Positions 18,975 through 32,215 of a DNA stretch of 64,000 bases are shown one piece after another (within the stretch, counting starts at the first letter, position 1; every line of letters begins with the position of its first letter). Below the pieces are notes generated by a model, which saw only the letters and a program-made list of their open reading frames with translations, had not been told where the DNA came from and ran no database searches. The stretch is from Thermoplasmatota archaeon (GTDB taxonomy: Archaea > Thermoplasmatota > Thermoplasmata > UBA10834), in contig JBFMHR010000002.1 of NCBI GenBank assembly GCA_040751795.1, forward strand, positions 160,001 through 224,000, in the 5' to 3' direction. The position numbers and the translations under genes are program-made.

Positions 18975-19012
18975 ACCACTGTTGGTATGGATATACCTTC
19001 ATTGGTATAAAA
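18972..19012 (-). promoter_or_regulatory. Two tandem 18-bp palindromic operators overlapping the TATA box and start codon
   Basis: CATACCA-CTGT-TGGTATG (18972-18989) and TATACC-TTCATT-GGTATA (18992-19009); minus-strand TTTTATA at 19012-19006. Confidence 0.75.
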
Positions 19013-19074
19013 TGGCGACGCATAAGCACAGCCAGTCGATGCTAGGGATGTCGCATAAGTCGTGTCGGGAGGCG

Positions 19075-20031
19075 TCAGTCGACTATCGGCTCGAGGACGG
19101 CGACCTCCCTCTCGGTGGCGTCGACCGCGACCTTGGCGTTCAGGGGCAGCATGCCGTTGAACTTGCCGTGGCCCGCGCAGAGGCCCCATATGGCGGGCCT
19201 GCCCGCCCCTCCGACCCTCTCCCTCACGATCTCCTCCACGCTGGGGTACGGGTTGTCGGGCTTGAGGGTCTCGGAGATCTCCCCCATGATGACCGCCCTG
19301 GCCTGCTCCAGCTTCCTGCACAACCTCAGCTGGGTCAGGTGGAACTCGATGTAGTAGTAGGACTCCCTGACCTCCTCTATGAGGAGGACCTTGTCCTTGG
19401 TGTCGATCTCGTACCTGCTGCCGAGGGTCCCGGTCATGAGGGTGAGGTTCCCGCCGCAGAGCCTCCCGGCCGCCTTCCCGTCGTTTATGGTCATGAGCAT
19501 CATGCCGCCGGGAGGGTTGGAGACCTCGTGCAGCTCATCCTGGCCCATGAGCAGCCTGATGGCCCTCTTCAGGTCCTCGGTCTGCGTCTTGATGAACTCC
19601 TCGCCCTTGGACGGGTCGATGTCCACCAGGGGGCCGTGGAACGTGACCATCCCGCACAGCTGGTTCAGGGCGATGTGGTAGCCCGTGATGTCGCTGAAGC
19701 CCATGAAGGGCTTGGGGTGGTCCTTGATCATGTCGAAGTCCAGGAGGTCAAGTATCCTCATGGAGCCGTAGCCGCCCGTCGCGCACAGCACCCCGTCGAC
19801 GGTGTCGTCCTCGAAGGCCCAGTTGAAGTCGTCGGCCCTGGCCCTGTCCTCCGCCGCCAGCGTGCCGACGGTCATCAGCTTCCGGGTCGTGTCCCCGAGC
19901 TCGACCTTCAGCCCCGCCTTCTTCAGGACCTCCAGTCCCATCTTGATCCCGACGTGGTCGGGGTTGCTGGACGGCGATATCACCGCTACCTTCGAGCCCT
20001 TCCTCAGCCTCGGCGGCCTCTGGACCTTCAT
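19075..20031 (-). CDS. LD-carboxypeptidase / peptidase S66 (LdcA/MccF-like)
   Basis: PPRLRKGSKVAVISPSS, TGGYGSMR, GFSDIT (Ser), GGNL, LIEE (Glu), AGH (His). Confidence 0.92.
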   Translation of the reverse strand: MKVQRPPRLRKGSKVAVISPSSNPDHVGIKMGLEVLKKAGLKVELGDTTRKLMTVGTLAAEDRARADDFNWAFEDDTVDGVLCATGGYGSMRILDLLDFDMIKDHPKPFMGFSDITGYHIALNQLCGMVTFHGPLVDIDPSKGEEFIKTQTEDLKRAIRLLMGQDELHEVSNPPGGMMLMTINDGKAAGRLCGGNLTLMTGTLGSRYEIDTKDKVLLIEEVRESYYYIEFHLTQLRLCRKLEQARAVIMGEISETLKPDNPYPSVEEIVRERVGGAGRPAIWGLCAGHGKFNGMLPLNAKVAVDATEREVAVLEPIVD

Positions 20032-20145
20032 GCTTGAGTCCCCCTGACGCCCGAACGGCGAACCGGCATAAAAGCCCGTCGCGCCCCCCCCTCCAAACCT
20101 ATATTCATCCGGTGGGGGATTTGGAGGCGGCCACGGGAGGAGCCG

Positions 20146-23870
<3,725 letters not shown>

Positions 23871-23971
23871 GCCCGGATTCTTACACCCTCTGATAGCCAT
23901 GGAACGTCATTCAAATAGCCGCCCGTGACAAGTTAGTATGTGCAGAGGTTGCACCAAGGAGTGCGAACGAG

Positions 23972-24910
23972 ATGCACAGGCAGAACGGACGGGAGACCAC
24001 GGGGCCGCGCGCCGCGGGCGGGGGCCCGAAGGACGGCAAGCAGTCCAGCGGAGGCCGGAGGCGCCTCCAGAGGATCGTGCGCGACCCCGGCGTCCAGATC
24101 CGCGATGTCTCCTCTGCGCCATCCCGTCCCGCTCCCCCGAGGCAGGCCGCCCAGGAGAGGCCTGCGCAGCTGGCACCCGAGCTGGTGAACCCCGCCGCCG
24201 CATCCCGGGATGAGGGCGTCCGATTCCAGTGCACGGAGTGCGACATGATGGTGAGGGAGTCCGACCCGTACTGCCCGTTCTGCGGGGTCATCTTCGCCGA
24301 CGGCCCCATGTCTCAGCGTGAGGAGCCCGCCGAGGCGGGCGAGGAGCCCGAGCCACCGAGGCCTCCCAGGCCGCAGGAGCGGGAGGAGACGGTCAGGCCG
24401 GGCAAGTTCGACGTGTTCGGCATGATGAACTCGCGGGGGAAGGCCCGCGACCTCCTCTACCAGGAGGCGATGAAGGGCTTCGCAGGCTCGGCCCGGCTGC
24501 TCGAGGAGATCGAGCACCAGATATCGGACGTGAGCGCCCTCGGCAACGACACAACGAGGCCCCGCAGGCTCATGAGCAGCGCTTGGGAGGCGTGCAGGGA
24601 CGGGGACTGGAACCTGGTGTCCGCCCTAGCGAGGCAGACCGAGGACTCGATGGCCCCGAGCATCCCGGCCCTCGTCAGGTCCGAGCTCTCCAAGGCCAGG
24701 GAGTGCCTGATGGAGGCGAAGCTCGCGGGACGCGACACATCCGACTACCTCCTCCGCATGAAGGCCGCGATGCACTGCCTCAAGGCGGGCGACGACGACG
24801 AGGCCCTCAGGCTCACCAAGGAGCTGATGGACCTCCTCAGGGAGGACTCTGTCTCGTGGCGCGAGGGCAGGCCGCCAGCGCCCAGGGACCCGCTCCGTTC
24901 TGGCACCTGA
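23972..24910 (+). CDS. Hypothetical protein with zinc ribbon and helical C-terminus
   Basis: FQCTECD...YCPFCG flanked by Pro-rich linkers; SD AAGGAG upstream. Confidence 0.75.
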   Translation: MHRQNGRETTGPRAAGGGPKDGKQSSGGRRRLQRIVRDPGVQIRDVSSAPSRPAPPRQAAQERPAQLAPELVNPAAASRDEGVRFQCTECDMMVRESDPYCPFCGVIFADGPMSQREEPAEAGEEPEPPRPPRPQEREETVRPGKFDVFGMMNSRGKARDLLYQEAMKGFAGSARLLEEIEHQISDVSALGNDTTRPRRLMSSAWEACRDGDWNLVSALARQTEDSMAPSIPALVRSELSKARECLMEAKLAGRDTSDYLLRMKAAMHCLKAGDDDEALRLTKELMDLLREDSVSWREGRPPAPRDPLRSGT

Positions 24911-24957
24911 GCGCCGTGGCAAAGGATTCTTATCGTCGGAGGTTCGTAGAGTCAGCG

Positions 24958-25689
24958 ATGTCCTCGGACCTCACGGCCATGGATGTATCCGGGTGGGACA
25001 TCCTGAAGAAGGCCCTCAACCAGCGGGTCGTCGTCGTGCGCTCCTCGCTCGTCCCGAGCAACAGGAACCGGGTGTGGTTCGTGGAGACGGACGTCAGGCC
25101 GGTGGTGGTGAAGAGGTCCCTGTCCGGGCTGTCCCCGGTGGAGTTCGAGACCATGCTGCTGGCCAAGAAGGCCGGCCTGTCGGTGCCATACCCCCTCTAC
25201 ATGGACAGGAGCTACCTCGTCACGGAGTACATCTCGGGCGACCCGTGCGACGCGCTGATAAACGCGATGTTCAGCTCGCGCGCGGCCGAGGGCATAGGTA
25301 GGTGGCTGGGGGCGTTCCACGAGTCGATGGAGAGCTTCGGCAGGCCCCTGGCCATGTCCGACGCCGTCATGGACAACTTCGTGATGCACGACGGTGACGT
25401 GTACGGCGTAGACCTCGAGGACGCGAAGCCGGGGGAGCCGATGGACGACCTCGGCCAGATGGCCTCGTCGATCCTCGGCAACGAGCCGTTCTTCACCCCG
25501 ATCAAGTTCGACCTGTGCTTCAGCATGATAGAGTCCTACGAGCAGAGGACGGGGATGGAGGCCCGGGAGAGCGTGCGCCCGTTCGTGGTGAAGCACCTGC
25601 GCCGGTCGGTCAGGGCGAGGCCGCTGTACAGGAGGCCTTTCGAACAGGTCGCCAGGGTGCTCGAGAAGAGCTGGCCGGACCTCGCGTGA
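24958..25689 (+). CDS. Protein-kinase-like (RIO/Bud32/APH fold) phosphotransferase
   Basis: VVVK, LVTEYISG, WLGAFH, DAVMDN (DxxxxN) and VDLE; leaderless start after TTCTTAT. Confidence 0.72.
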   Translation: MSSDLTAMDVSGWDILKKALNQRVVVVRSSLVPSNRNRVWFVETDVRPVVVKRSLSGLSPVEFETMLLAKKAGLSVPYPLYMDRSYLVTEYISGDPCDALINAMFSSRAAEGIGRWLGAFHESMESFGRPLAMSDAVMDNFVMHDGDVYGVDLEDAKPGEPMDDLGQMASSILGNEPFFTPIKFDLCFSMIESYEQRTGMEARESVRPFVVKHLRRSVRARPLYRRPFEQVARVLEKSWPDLA

Positions 25690-27942
25690 TCAATCCTTCT
25701 TCTCCCCGGACGGGGCGGATGAGGCCGCATCTCCGGGGGCGCCCTCCTCGGGCTTCCTCTTGCTGCGTGCGCGTATCTCCTCGAGCCTCTTGGTGATGTC
25801 CGAGAGCGAGTCGACCTGCTCCTTCTGGACCTGCCTGCGCCTCTCGATGTGCTCGCGCATCTTGTCTATCTTCGTCTTCTCGAGGGCGAGCTTGTCCATC
25901 TCCTTCGCCATGTTCTCGCGGCGTCTGTCCATCTCGGCCATCTTCTCATCGAACGCGGTCTCGCGGGCGGCCAGGTCGCTCTCCGTCTTGGCGAGCGCCT
26001 CCGCCTTAGCGCGCAGCTCCTGGTCGCGCGCCTCCGCCTCGGCCTGCTTCGCCGCCGCGTGCTTCCTCTCGGCGTCCAGGCGTGCCATCTCCTCGTCTAG
26101 CTTGGCCCTCGTCGCCGCGACCTCCCCGTGCAGGGCCCTGTCGCGCTCCGAGAGGACCTTCAGCCTCTCCTCCAGCTCCGCCTTGGCCGCGTCGTTGGCC
26201 GCCTTCGCCTTCTCGACGCGCTCCTCCTTCGCGGAGATGTTCCTCTCCCTCTCGTCGAAGGTGGCGCCCTGCTCGGCCAGCGCGGCGCTCCTCTTGTCCA
26301 GGCCCTTCTGGGCCGCCTCGAGGTCCGCCTTCTGCCGGGAGAGGCCCCTCGCCTGCTCCTCCAGCCTCGCCCCGAGCTCGGTGAGCTCCCCCTCCCTCGC
26401 CTTGAGGGCCTGCTCCTTCGAGGCGGCGGAGGCCTCTCGCTCCATCACCGTCTGGACCGCCAGCGCCTGGTTGGCCATCGTCTCCTTCAGCGAGACCTCG
26501 CGCTTCTGCGCCTCCTTCTCCCGCCTGTCAAGGTCCCTCAGCAGCGCCTCGACCTTGTGCTCGGAGTCGTCGACGGCCTGCTCGCGGCCTGCCAGCGCCC
26601 TCTCGCGCCCGTCGGCCGCGGAGGTCCTCCTCTGGAGGTCGTCGTTGTCGCGCCCGATCTTCGCTATGAGCGCGGAGAGCTCCGCCTGCTGGGCCTCTGC
26701 GTTGGCGTTGACCTCGGCCCGCCTGCGCTCCAGCTCCTCGGCCTCGGAGCCGAGCGCCCTCTCGCGCTCGTCGAGGCCTTTGATCGTGAGAGTCATCGAG
26801 TTCGCCCTGTCCTCGAGGTCCCTGCTCTGCCTCTCCAGCTCCCCCAGGGCGGCCTGCATCTCCTCCTGCCTCTTCTTCAGGTCGGACTCGACCGCGGCGA
26901 CGGCCGTCTCGCGGTCCTTGAGCTCCCTGGCGATCGTGTCCAGCTCGGACCTCGTGGCCTCCCTCTCAGTCTCGAAGGCGCCCCTGTCCGCGTCGAGCGT
27001 GGTCAGAGCATCGTCCAGGGCCTTCCTCTTGGCCTCGAGCTGGGCCTGGGCCTCGTTCAGGTCGTTCTCCCAGGACCCCATGTCCGCCCTGTCGGCGTCG
27101 AGCTGCCTCCTGTCCGCCTCGAAGGTCGCCAGCTTGGCCCTGGTCTCCTCGACCTCCCTCTCCCAGGCGGCCCTGTCCCCGCGGTACCTCTCGACCTCCG
27201 CCCTGTGCTTCTCCTCGCCCATGGAGAGCTCCTTCCTCTGCCGGGCGAGCTTGGCGTAGCCGGCCTCGTACTCGGCGACCGACCTCGCGAGCCCCTCCTG
27301 GAGGTTCCTCACGAGGGTGCGCTTCGCGTCGGTGGCCGCCTCGAAGGCCTGCTTGTTCCTGTTGAGGCTCTGCTCCCTCTCGAGCAGCAGCGTCACCCTC
27401 TCGTTGATCTGGTTGTGCCTGTCGGAGACCTCCGCCTCGAACTCCTCGAGCTCCTTCTGCCAGGCCTCGGTGTCCTGCCTCAGCCTGTCGAGCTCGTTCC
27501 TCAGGTTCTCGAGCTCGGCGGCCTCCTGGGCGCAAGAGGCCCTCTCGGCCTCCATCTCCTTGACCGCCAGCTGGGCCTTCTCCTGCTCCTCCTTGGCGCT
27601 CTCCGCGGCCCCCTTCGCCGAGGCGGTCTTCGCCTCCAGGGCGGACTCGAAGCTCGCCTCGACGGAGGAGATCATGTCCTTGACGAAGGCGACGTCCTCG
27701 TCCTCGACGACGTCCTTCCCTACGAGCACCATGTGCATCCTCTTGCCGCGCACGACGGTGCCGACCATCTTGTCGACCTCGAAGGCGCCGAGGAGCCCGA
27801 TGTCGCCCTTCCCCGCCACGGCGCGCTTGACCTCGTCGTAGCCCACGTCCCCCTTCGGGTTGAAGACGAACTCCTTCAGGAGGCGGCCGTCGGGTTCTAC
27901 CAGGAAGCCTTTGAACACCTTCTTGCCGAACATCTGCACCAA
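25690..27942 (-). CDS. Long coiled-coil protein with a small N-terminal globular domain
   Basis: About 640 aa of E/R/K/A/L-rich helix without Pro; no Walker A motif and no TM segment. Confidence 0.85.
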   Translation of the reverse strand: MVQMFGKKVFKGFLVEPDGRLLKEFVFNPKGDVGYDEVKRAVAGKGDIGLLGAFEVDKMVGTVVRGKRMHMVLVGKDVVEDEDVAFVKDMISSVEASFESALEAKTASAKGAAESAKEEQEKAQLAVKEMEAERASCAQEAAELENLRNELDRLRQDTEAWQKELEEFEAEVSDRHNQINERVTLLLEREQSLNRNKQAFEAATDAKRTLVRNLQEGLARSVAEYEAGYAKLARQRKELSMGEEKHRAEVERYRGDRAAWEREVEETRAKLATFEADRRQLDADRADMGSWENDLNEAQAQLEAKRKALDDALTTLDADRGAFETEREATRSELDTIARELKDRETAVAAVESDLKKRQEEMQAALGELERQSRDLEDRANSMTLTIKGLDERERALGSEAEELERRRAEVNANAEAQQAELSALIAKIGRDNDDLQRRTSAADGRERALAGREQAVDDSEHKVEALLRDLDRREKEAQKREVSLKETMANQALAVQTVMEREASAASKEQALKAREGELTELGARLEEQARGLSRQKADLEAAQKGLDKRSAALAEQGATFDERERNISAKEERVEKAKAANDAAKAELEERLKVLSERDRALHGEVAATRAKLDEEMARLDAERKHAAAKQAEAEARDQELRAKAEALAKTESDLAARETAFDEKMAEMDRRRENMAKEMDKLALEKTKIDKMREHIERRRQVQKEQVDSLSDITKRLEEIRARSKRKPEEGAPGDAASSAPSGEKKD

Positions 27943-28077
27943 ATCCTACCGGGGGGGCTTCGTGATACGGTGACGGCCTGCGCGGGGCGGGGCCGTGCCT
28001 CCCAGGCGCGCGCATGCCAGGACTGTTGCGGTTGTTATCGGATAGCCTGATGATAACCTTTTCTCTGGAGGTCGTGG

Positions 28078-30522
28078 CTATAGCTCGAACCTGCGCAGGA
28101 GCGAGGCGTTGGTCACCACCGATACCGAGCTGAAGGCCATCGCCCCCGCGGCGATCATGGGGCTCAGGAGCCAATCGGTGAAGGGGTACAGGACCCCCGC
28201 CGCTATCGGTATCGAGGCGGTGTTGTAGAACAGTGCCCAGAACAGGTTCTCCCTGATCTTCCTGAACGTCCTGCGGCTCAGCCTAATGGCGGATGGGACG
28301 CCCTTGAGGTCGCCGCCGACCAGGACGATGTTCCCGGACTCGAGGGCTATGTCCGTGCCGCTCCCGAGGGCGATGCCTATGTCTGCCTGGGCCAGGGCGG
28401 GCGCGTCGTTTATCCCGTCGCCGACCATGGCCACGACCTCACCCTCCTCCTGGAACGCCTTGACCGCCCCCGCCTTGTCGGCCGGGAGCACCTGGGCGCG
28501 GAACTCGGGGATGCCCGCCTGGGCGGATATCGCCCTCGCGGTCCTCTCGTTGTCCCCGGTCATCATGACCACCTTGAGCCCCATCGCGAGGAGGTCGGAG
28601 ACCGCCTCCCTTGCGCCTGGCTTCAGCGTGTCGGCCACACCTATGAGGCCTGCCGCCTTGCCGTCCGCGACGCAGGCCATGACCGTCATGCCCTGGTCCT
28701 GCAGGGCGTCCATCTCCGCCCCGAGGGGACCGAGGTCCGCCCCGAGCCTGTCGACCATCCTCCGGTTGCCCACGGAGACGTCCCTGCCGGACACGCGCGA
28801 AGTGACCCCCTCGCCGGGGAACACGGTCGACGACTCCGGGGCCTCGAGCCGCAGGCCCGCGGCCTCGGCCGCAGCCAGCACCGCCCTGGAGAGGACGTGC
28901 TCGGAGCCCTTCTCCGCGCTCCCCGCGAGGGAGAGCAGCTCGCGCTCGCTCTCGGCCGAGCCGAGTCGCATGGCGACCACCCTCGGCTCCCCCTCGGTGA
29001 GAGTCCCGGTCTTGTCGAGGATGACCGTGGTGAGGCCCCTGGCCCTCTCGAGGGCCGCCGCGTCCTTGATGAGTATCCCCAGCTGCGCCCCGCGGCCGGT
29101 CCCGACCACGATGGCGGTGGGGGTGGCGAGCCCGAGGGCGCACGGGCACGCTATCACCAGGACCGCGACGAAGGCGGTGAGGGAGAACGTCAGGGCGTCG
29201 CCGACGTCCCAGATGCCGGAGCCGACGAAGTACCAGAAGAGGAAGGTCGCGACGCTGACCGCGAGGACGGCGGGCACGAAGTACCCGGCGACCGTGTCGG
29301 CGAACCTCTCGATCGGGGCCTTGGTGCTCTGTGCCTCCTCGACGAGCCTCACGATCTGGGCCAGGGTGGTGTTCCTGCCCACCCTGGTCGCCCTCACCGT
29401 GAGCAGCCCCGAGATGTTGACCGTGCCGCCGGTGACCTGCGCCCCCGGGCCCTTCTCCTGCGGGATCGACTCCCCGGTGACGAGAGACTCGTCGACGGTG
29501 GACGCGCCTCCCACAACCTCACCGTCCACGGGGAGCCGCTCACCAGGCCTGACGATGACGGTGTCTCCCTCGGCCAGCTCCTCGGCCGGGACCACGGTCT
29601 CGATCCCATCCCTGACGCGCGCGGCCGTCGGCGGCTGGAGGTCCATCAGCCTCAGGATGGCCTCGGAGGTGGCCCCGCGGGACCTCAGCTCGAGGTACTT
29701 GCCCGCGAGCACGAGGGTGATTATGACGGCGGAGGTGTCGAAGTAGACGTCGTGCGAGCCCATGTGGCCCGGGGTCAGGGTGACTGCCAGGCTGTAGAGG
29801 AAGGCCGCGGAGGTGCCTATCACCACCAGCGTGTCCATGTTCGCCCTCCTGTTCCTCAGGGCGCGGTACGTCCCTCTGTAGTACCTCAGCCCCGCGTAGA
29901 ACTGGACAGGGAGCGTCAGCATCAGCAGCAGGTAGTTCCTCGCCTCCTCGGAGAGGACGCCCTCCGGCCAAAGCATGTGGGTCATTGAGATGACCGCCAC
30001 GGGCACGGCGAACACGAGGGCGACCGCGAGGTCCCGGAGCCCCTCGTCCAGCTCCTTCTGCCTCGCGATCTTCTCGGCCAGGACGCCCTCGACCTCGAGC
30101 ACGGTGTACCCGGACCTCTCGACGGCGGCCCTCAGCTGCCCCGGGGTCGCGAGGGAGGAGTCGTACTCGACGGACGCCCGGCCCAGGGCGAAGTTCACGT
30201 TCGCATCGACGACGCCCGGCACCTTCATGAGCGCGTCATGCACGGTGGTGGAGCATGTGGCGCAGTGCATCCCGCCCACGGTCATGGTGAGCTCGTCCTT
30301 AGCCACGTCGTACCCCGCGGACCTGACCGCGGCCTCGATGTCCTCCATGGAGGCGCGCTTGGGGTCGTAGCTCATGACGGCCTTCTCGGTCGCGAGGTTC
30401 ACCCTGGGGTCGAAGACCCCGTCGACCCCGCTGAGCGATTGGCGAACGGCGTCGGCGCACGTCGCGCAGTGCATGCCCTTGATCCTGACGGCCGCCTCCC
30501 GCCTGCCCTTCTGCCTCTCCAA
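28078..30522 (-). CDS. copA: Cu(I)-translocating P1B-type ATPase
   Basis: Two GMHCATC metal-binding domains, TGES, CPC, DKTGT, GDGINDAP, YN and MAFSS. Confidence 0.95.
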   Translation of the reverse strand: MERQKGRREAAVRIKGMHCATCADAVRQSLSGVDGVFDPRVNLATEKAVMSYDPKRASMEDIEAAVRSAGYDVAKDELTMTVGGMHCATCSTTVHDALMKVPGVVDANVNFALGRASVEYDSSLATPGQLRAAVERSGYTVLEVEGVLAEKIARQKELDEGLRDLAVALVFAVPVAVISMTHMLWPEGVLSEEARNYLLLMLTLPVQFYAGLRYYRGTYRALRNRRANMDTLVVIGTSAAFLYSLAVTLTPGHMGSHDVYFDTSAVIITLVLAGKYLELRSRGATSEAILRLMDLQPPTAARVRDGIETVVPAEELAEGDTVIVRPGERLPVDGEVVGGASTVDESLVTGESIPQEKGPGAQVTGGTVNISGLLTVRATRVGRNTTLAQIVRLVEEAQSTKAPIERFADTVAGYFVPAVLAVSVATFLFWYFVGSGIWDVGDALTFSLTAFVAVLVIACPCALGLATPTAIVVGTGRGAQLGILIKDAAALERARGLTTVILDKTGTLTEGEPRVVAMRLGSAESERELLSLAGSAEKGSEHVLSRAVLAAAEAAGLRLEAPESSTVFPGEGVTSRVSGRDVSVGNRRMVDRLGADLGPLGAEMDALQDQGMTVMACVADGKAAGLIGVADTLKPGAREAVSDLLAMGLKVVMMTGDNERTARAISAQAGIPEFRAQVLPADKAGAVKAFQEEGEVVAMVGDGINDAPALAQADIGIALGSGTDIALESGNIVLVGGDLKGVPSAIRLSRRTFRKIRENLFWALFYNTASIPIAAGVLYPFTDWLLSPMIAAGAMAFSSVSVVTNASLLRRFEL

Positions 30523-30940
30523 GCCGAGATCCTCCGGGGCCCCCCGAGGACCGTTACCCCTCCGGGCGGTTTATCTGTTGCGCCTGTCGCGCGCTCCAGG
30601 GCGCGCGATCAGCCGCATGGCGAGGGCGATGCGAACCGTAGTTGGTTTAAAAAAGTCTGTATCTGTATGTGACCATGAAGGGCATTGGTCTAAATGCGGA
30701 GTCACAGGTCTCGGTCCTGCTCATGTGCCCGGACGCCCTTCCGGGCCCCCGTGCCCTCTCCCCTCTGCCCGCGCCCTCGGTCCCGTTGCCGCCCCTCGTC
30801 CTTGCCCCGCTCGTGAGCCTCATGCGTGTCACTAGGCGCGGTCACGGTAGTAGTCGGGAGCGGTCACGGGTGGCCGACGGACGGGCACGTCCCATCGGTT
30901 AAGTACGCCGGTGTCCCTCGAGGTCCGTGAGGTGTCCGGT

Positions 30941-31210
30941 ATGGCCAGGGTGACGGTCAGGATGTTCGCGACGTTCCGCGAGGTCGCCGGGTGCGCGGAG
31001 ACGTCCGAGGAGGCGGGGGACGTGTCCGGCCTGCTCGACGCGCTGGCCGCAAGGTACGGCGAGGCATTCGGGCGCCTCGTCCGCGGCGGCTCTGCGGAGG
31101 GGTTCGTGGTCCTCGTCAACGGGCGCAACATCGGCCAGCTGCAGTCCCTCACCACTCCCCTGGCGGACGGCGACGAGGTCTCCCTCTTCCCCCCGATATC
31201 TGGCGGGTGA
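30941..31210 (+). CDS. MoaD/ThiS-family ubiquitin-like protein (SAMP)
   Basis: VRMFATFRE, VLVNGRNI, C-terminal FPPISGG; SD GAGGTG. Confidence 0.9.
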   Translation: MARVTVRMFATFREVAGCAETSEEAGDVSGLLDALAARYGEAFGRLVRGGSAEGFVVLVNGRNIGQLQSLTTPLADGDEVSLFPPISGG

Positions 31211-31276
31211 GGCGTGCCCGCGGGGCCCGGCAATCTTTATATCGGGTCAGGCCATAACCGCGGCTCAGGGCCTAAG

Positions 31277-32215
31277 ATGGAGAGCGAACCCAAGGCGCGC
31301 GAGGAGAGGGACCCGCTCAAGACGGTCGTCACCGTCATGACCGCCCTCATATTCCTGACGTTCGGACTCATAGGATACGTCATCTACGACAACTCTCTGA
31401 GGAGCGAGACGGAGTCCAGGGTGGTCGTCGACGGGAGCACCGTGCTCATGAACTACGTCGGGATGTTCGAGGACGGGAGGGTCTTCGACACCAGCGTCCT
31501 CGAGGTGGCCGAGGACAACGCCCTCTACCCGAAGTCCTTCACGTTCTCGATGCGCGAGGCGAGCGGCTACACCCCCTTCGAGATGACGGCCGGCCTGTAC
31601 GGCGAGTCTGGCGGGACGATCAAGGGCTTCGCCCTCGGCGTCATAGGCATGGAGCTCAACGAGAAGGGCATCATAGTGGTGCAGCCGGAGGACGGCTACG
31701 CCGTCGACCCCGCCATGCTCGAGACCGTGGACCTCCTCGAGGAGGTACCCGCGGTCGAGACGGTGACGGAGTCGGAGTTCTCGTCGCTGTTCGGCGCCTC
31801 CGCGACGCTCATGACCCTGGTGCCCCACTACAAGTGGGGCTGGGACGTGCTGGTCGTGCAGATCGCCTCCGGGTACGTCACATTCAAGAACATGCCGACC
31901 GTCGGCGAGGTCGTGACGCCCTACGGGGACCCTGACGATCCCGACTTCCCCCTGGGCTGGGAGTGCGTGGTCGAGTCGTACGACGCCTCCGCCGACGACG
32001 GCGCCGGCCGCATAGAGGTAAGGCACCTCCTGACCGAGGCGGACACGTACAACAGGGAGGGCGAGGACCACACGGGCGTCCAGTTCGTCCTCTCGGACGT
32101 GGACGAGGAGGCCGGGACGTTCACCATCCACAAGATCGACATGGACACGGGCTACAACGGGGAGATCTCGGGGAGGACGCTCCTCTTCGAGGTCACCATC
32201 ATCAACATCACGTAG
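31277..32215 (+). CDS. Membrane-anchored FKBP-type peptidyl-prolyl isomerase with long insert
   Basis: N-terminal TM; VLMNYVGMFEDGRVFDTS, IKGF..GVIGM, PEDGY, GRTLLFEVTI. Confidence 0.85.
   Translation: MESEPKAREERDPLKTVVTVMTALIFLTFGLIGYVIYDNSLRSETESRVVVDGSTVLMNYVGMFEDGRVFDTSVLEVAEDNALYPKSFTFSMREASGYTPFEMTAGLYGESGGTIKGFALGVIGMELNEKGIIVVQPEDGYAVDPAMLETVDLLEEVPAVETVTESEFSSLFGASATLMTLVPHYKWGWDVLVVQIASGYVTFKNMPTVGEVVTPYGDPDDPDFPLGWECVVESYDASADDGAGRIEVRHLLTEADTYNREGEDHTGVQFVLSDVDEEAGTFTIHKIDMDTGYNGEISGRTLLFEVTIINIT

Noticed and set aside
25690-27942. SMC/Rad50 call for the coiled-coil protein
   Set aside because: No Walker A/B, signature motif, hinge or CxxC hook.
30669-30902. 77-aa ORF as a protein-coding gene
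   Set aside because: Low-complexity Pro/Leu/Arg composition, atypical codon usage and no motif.
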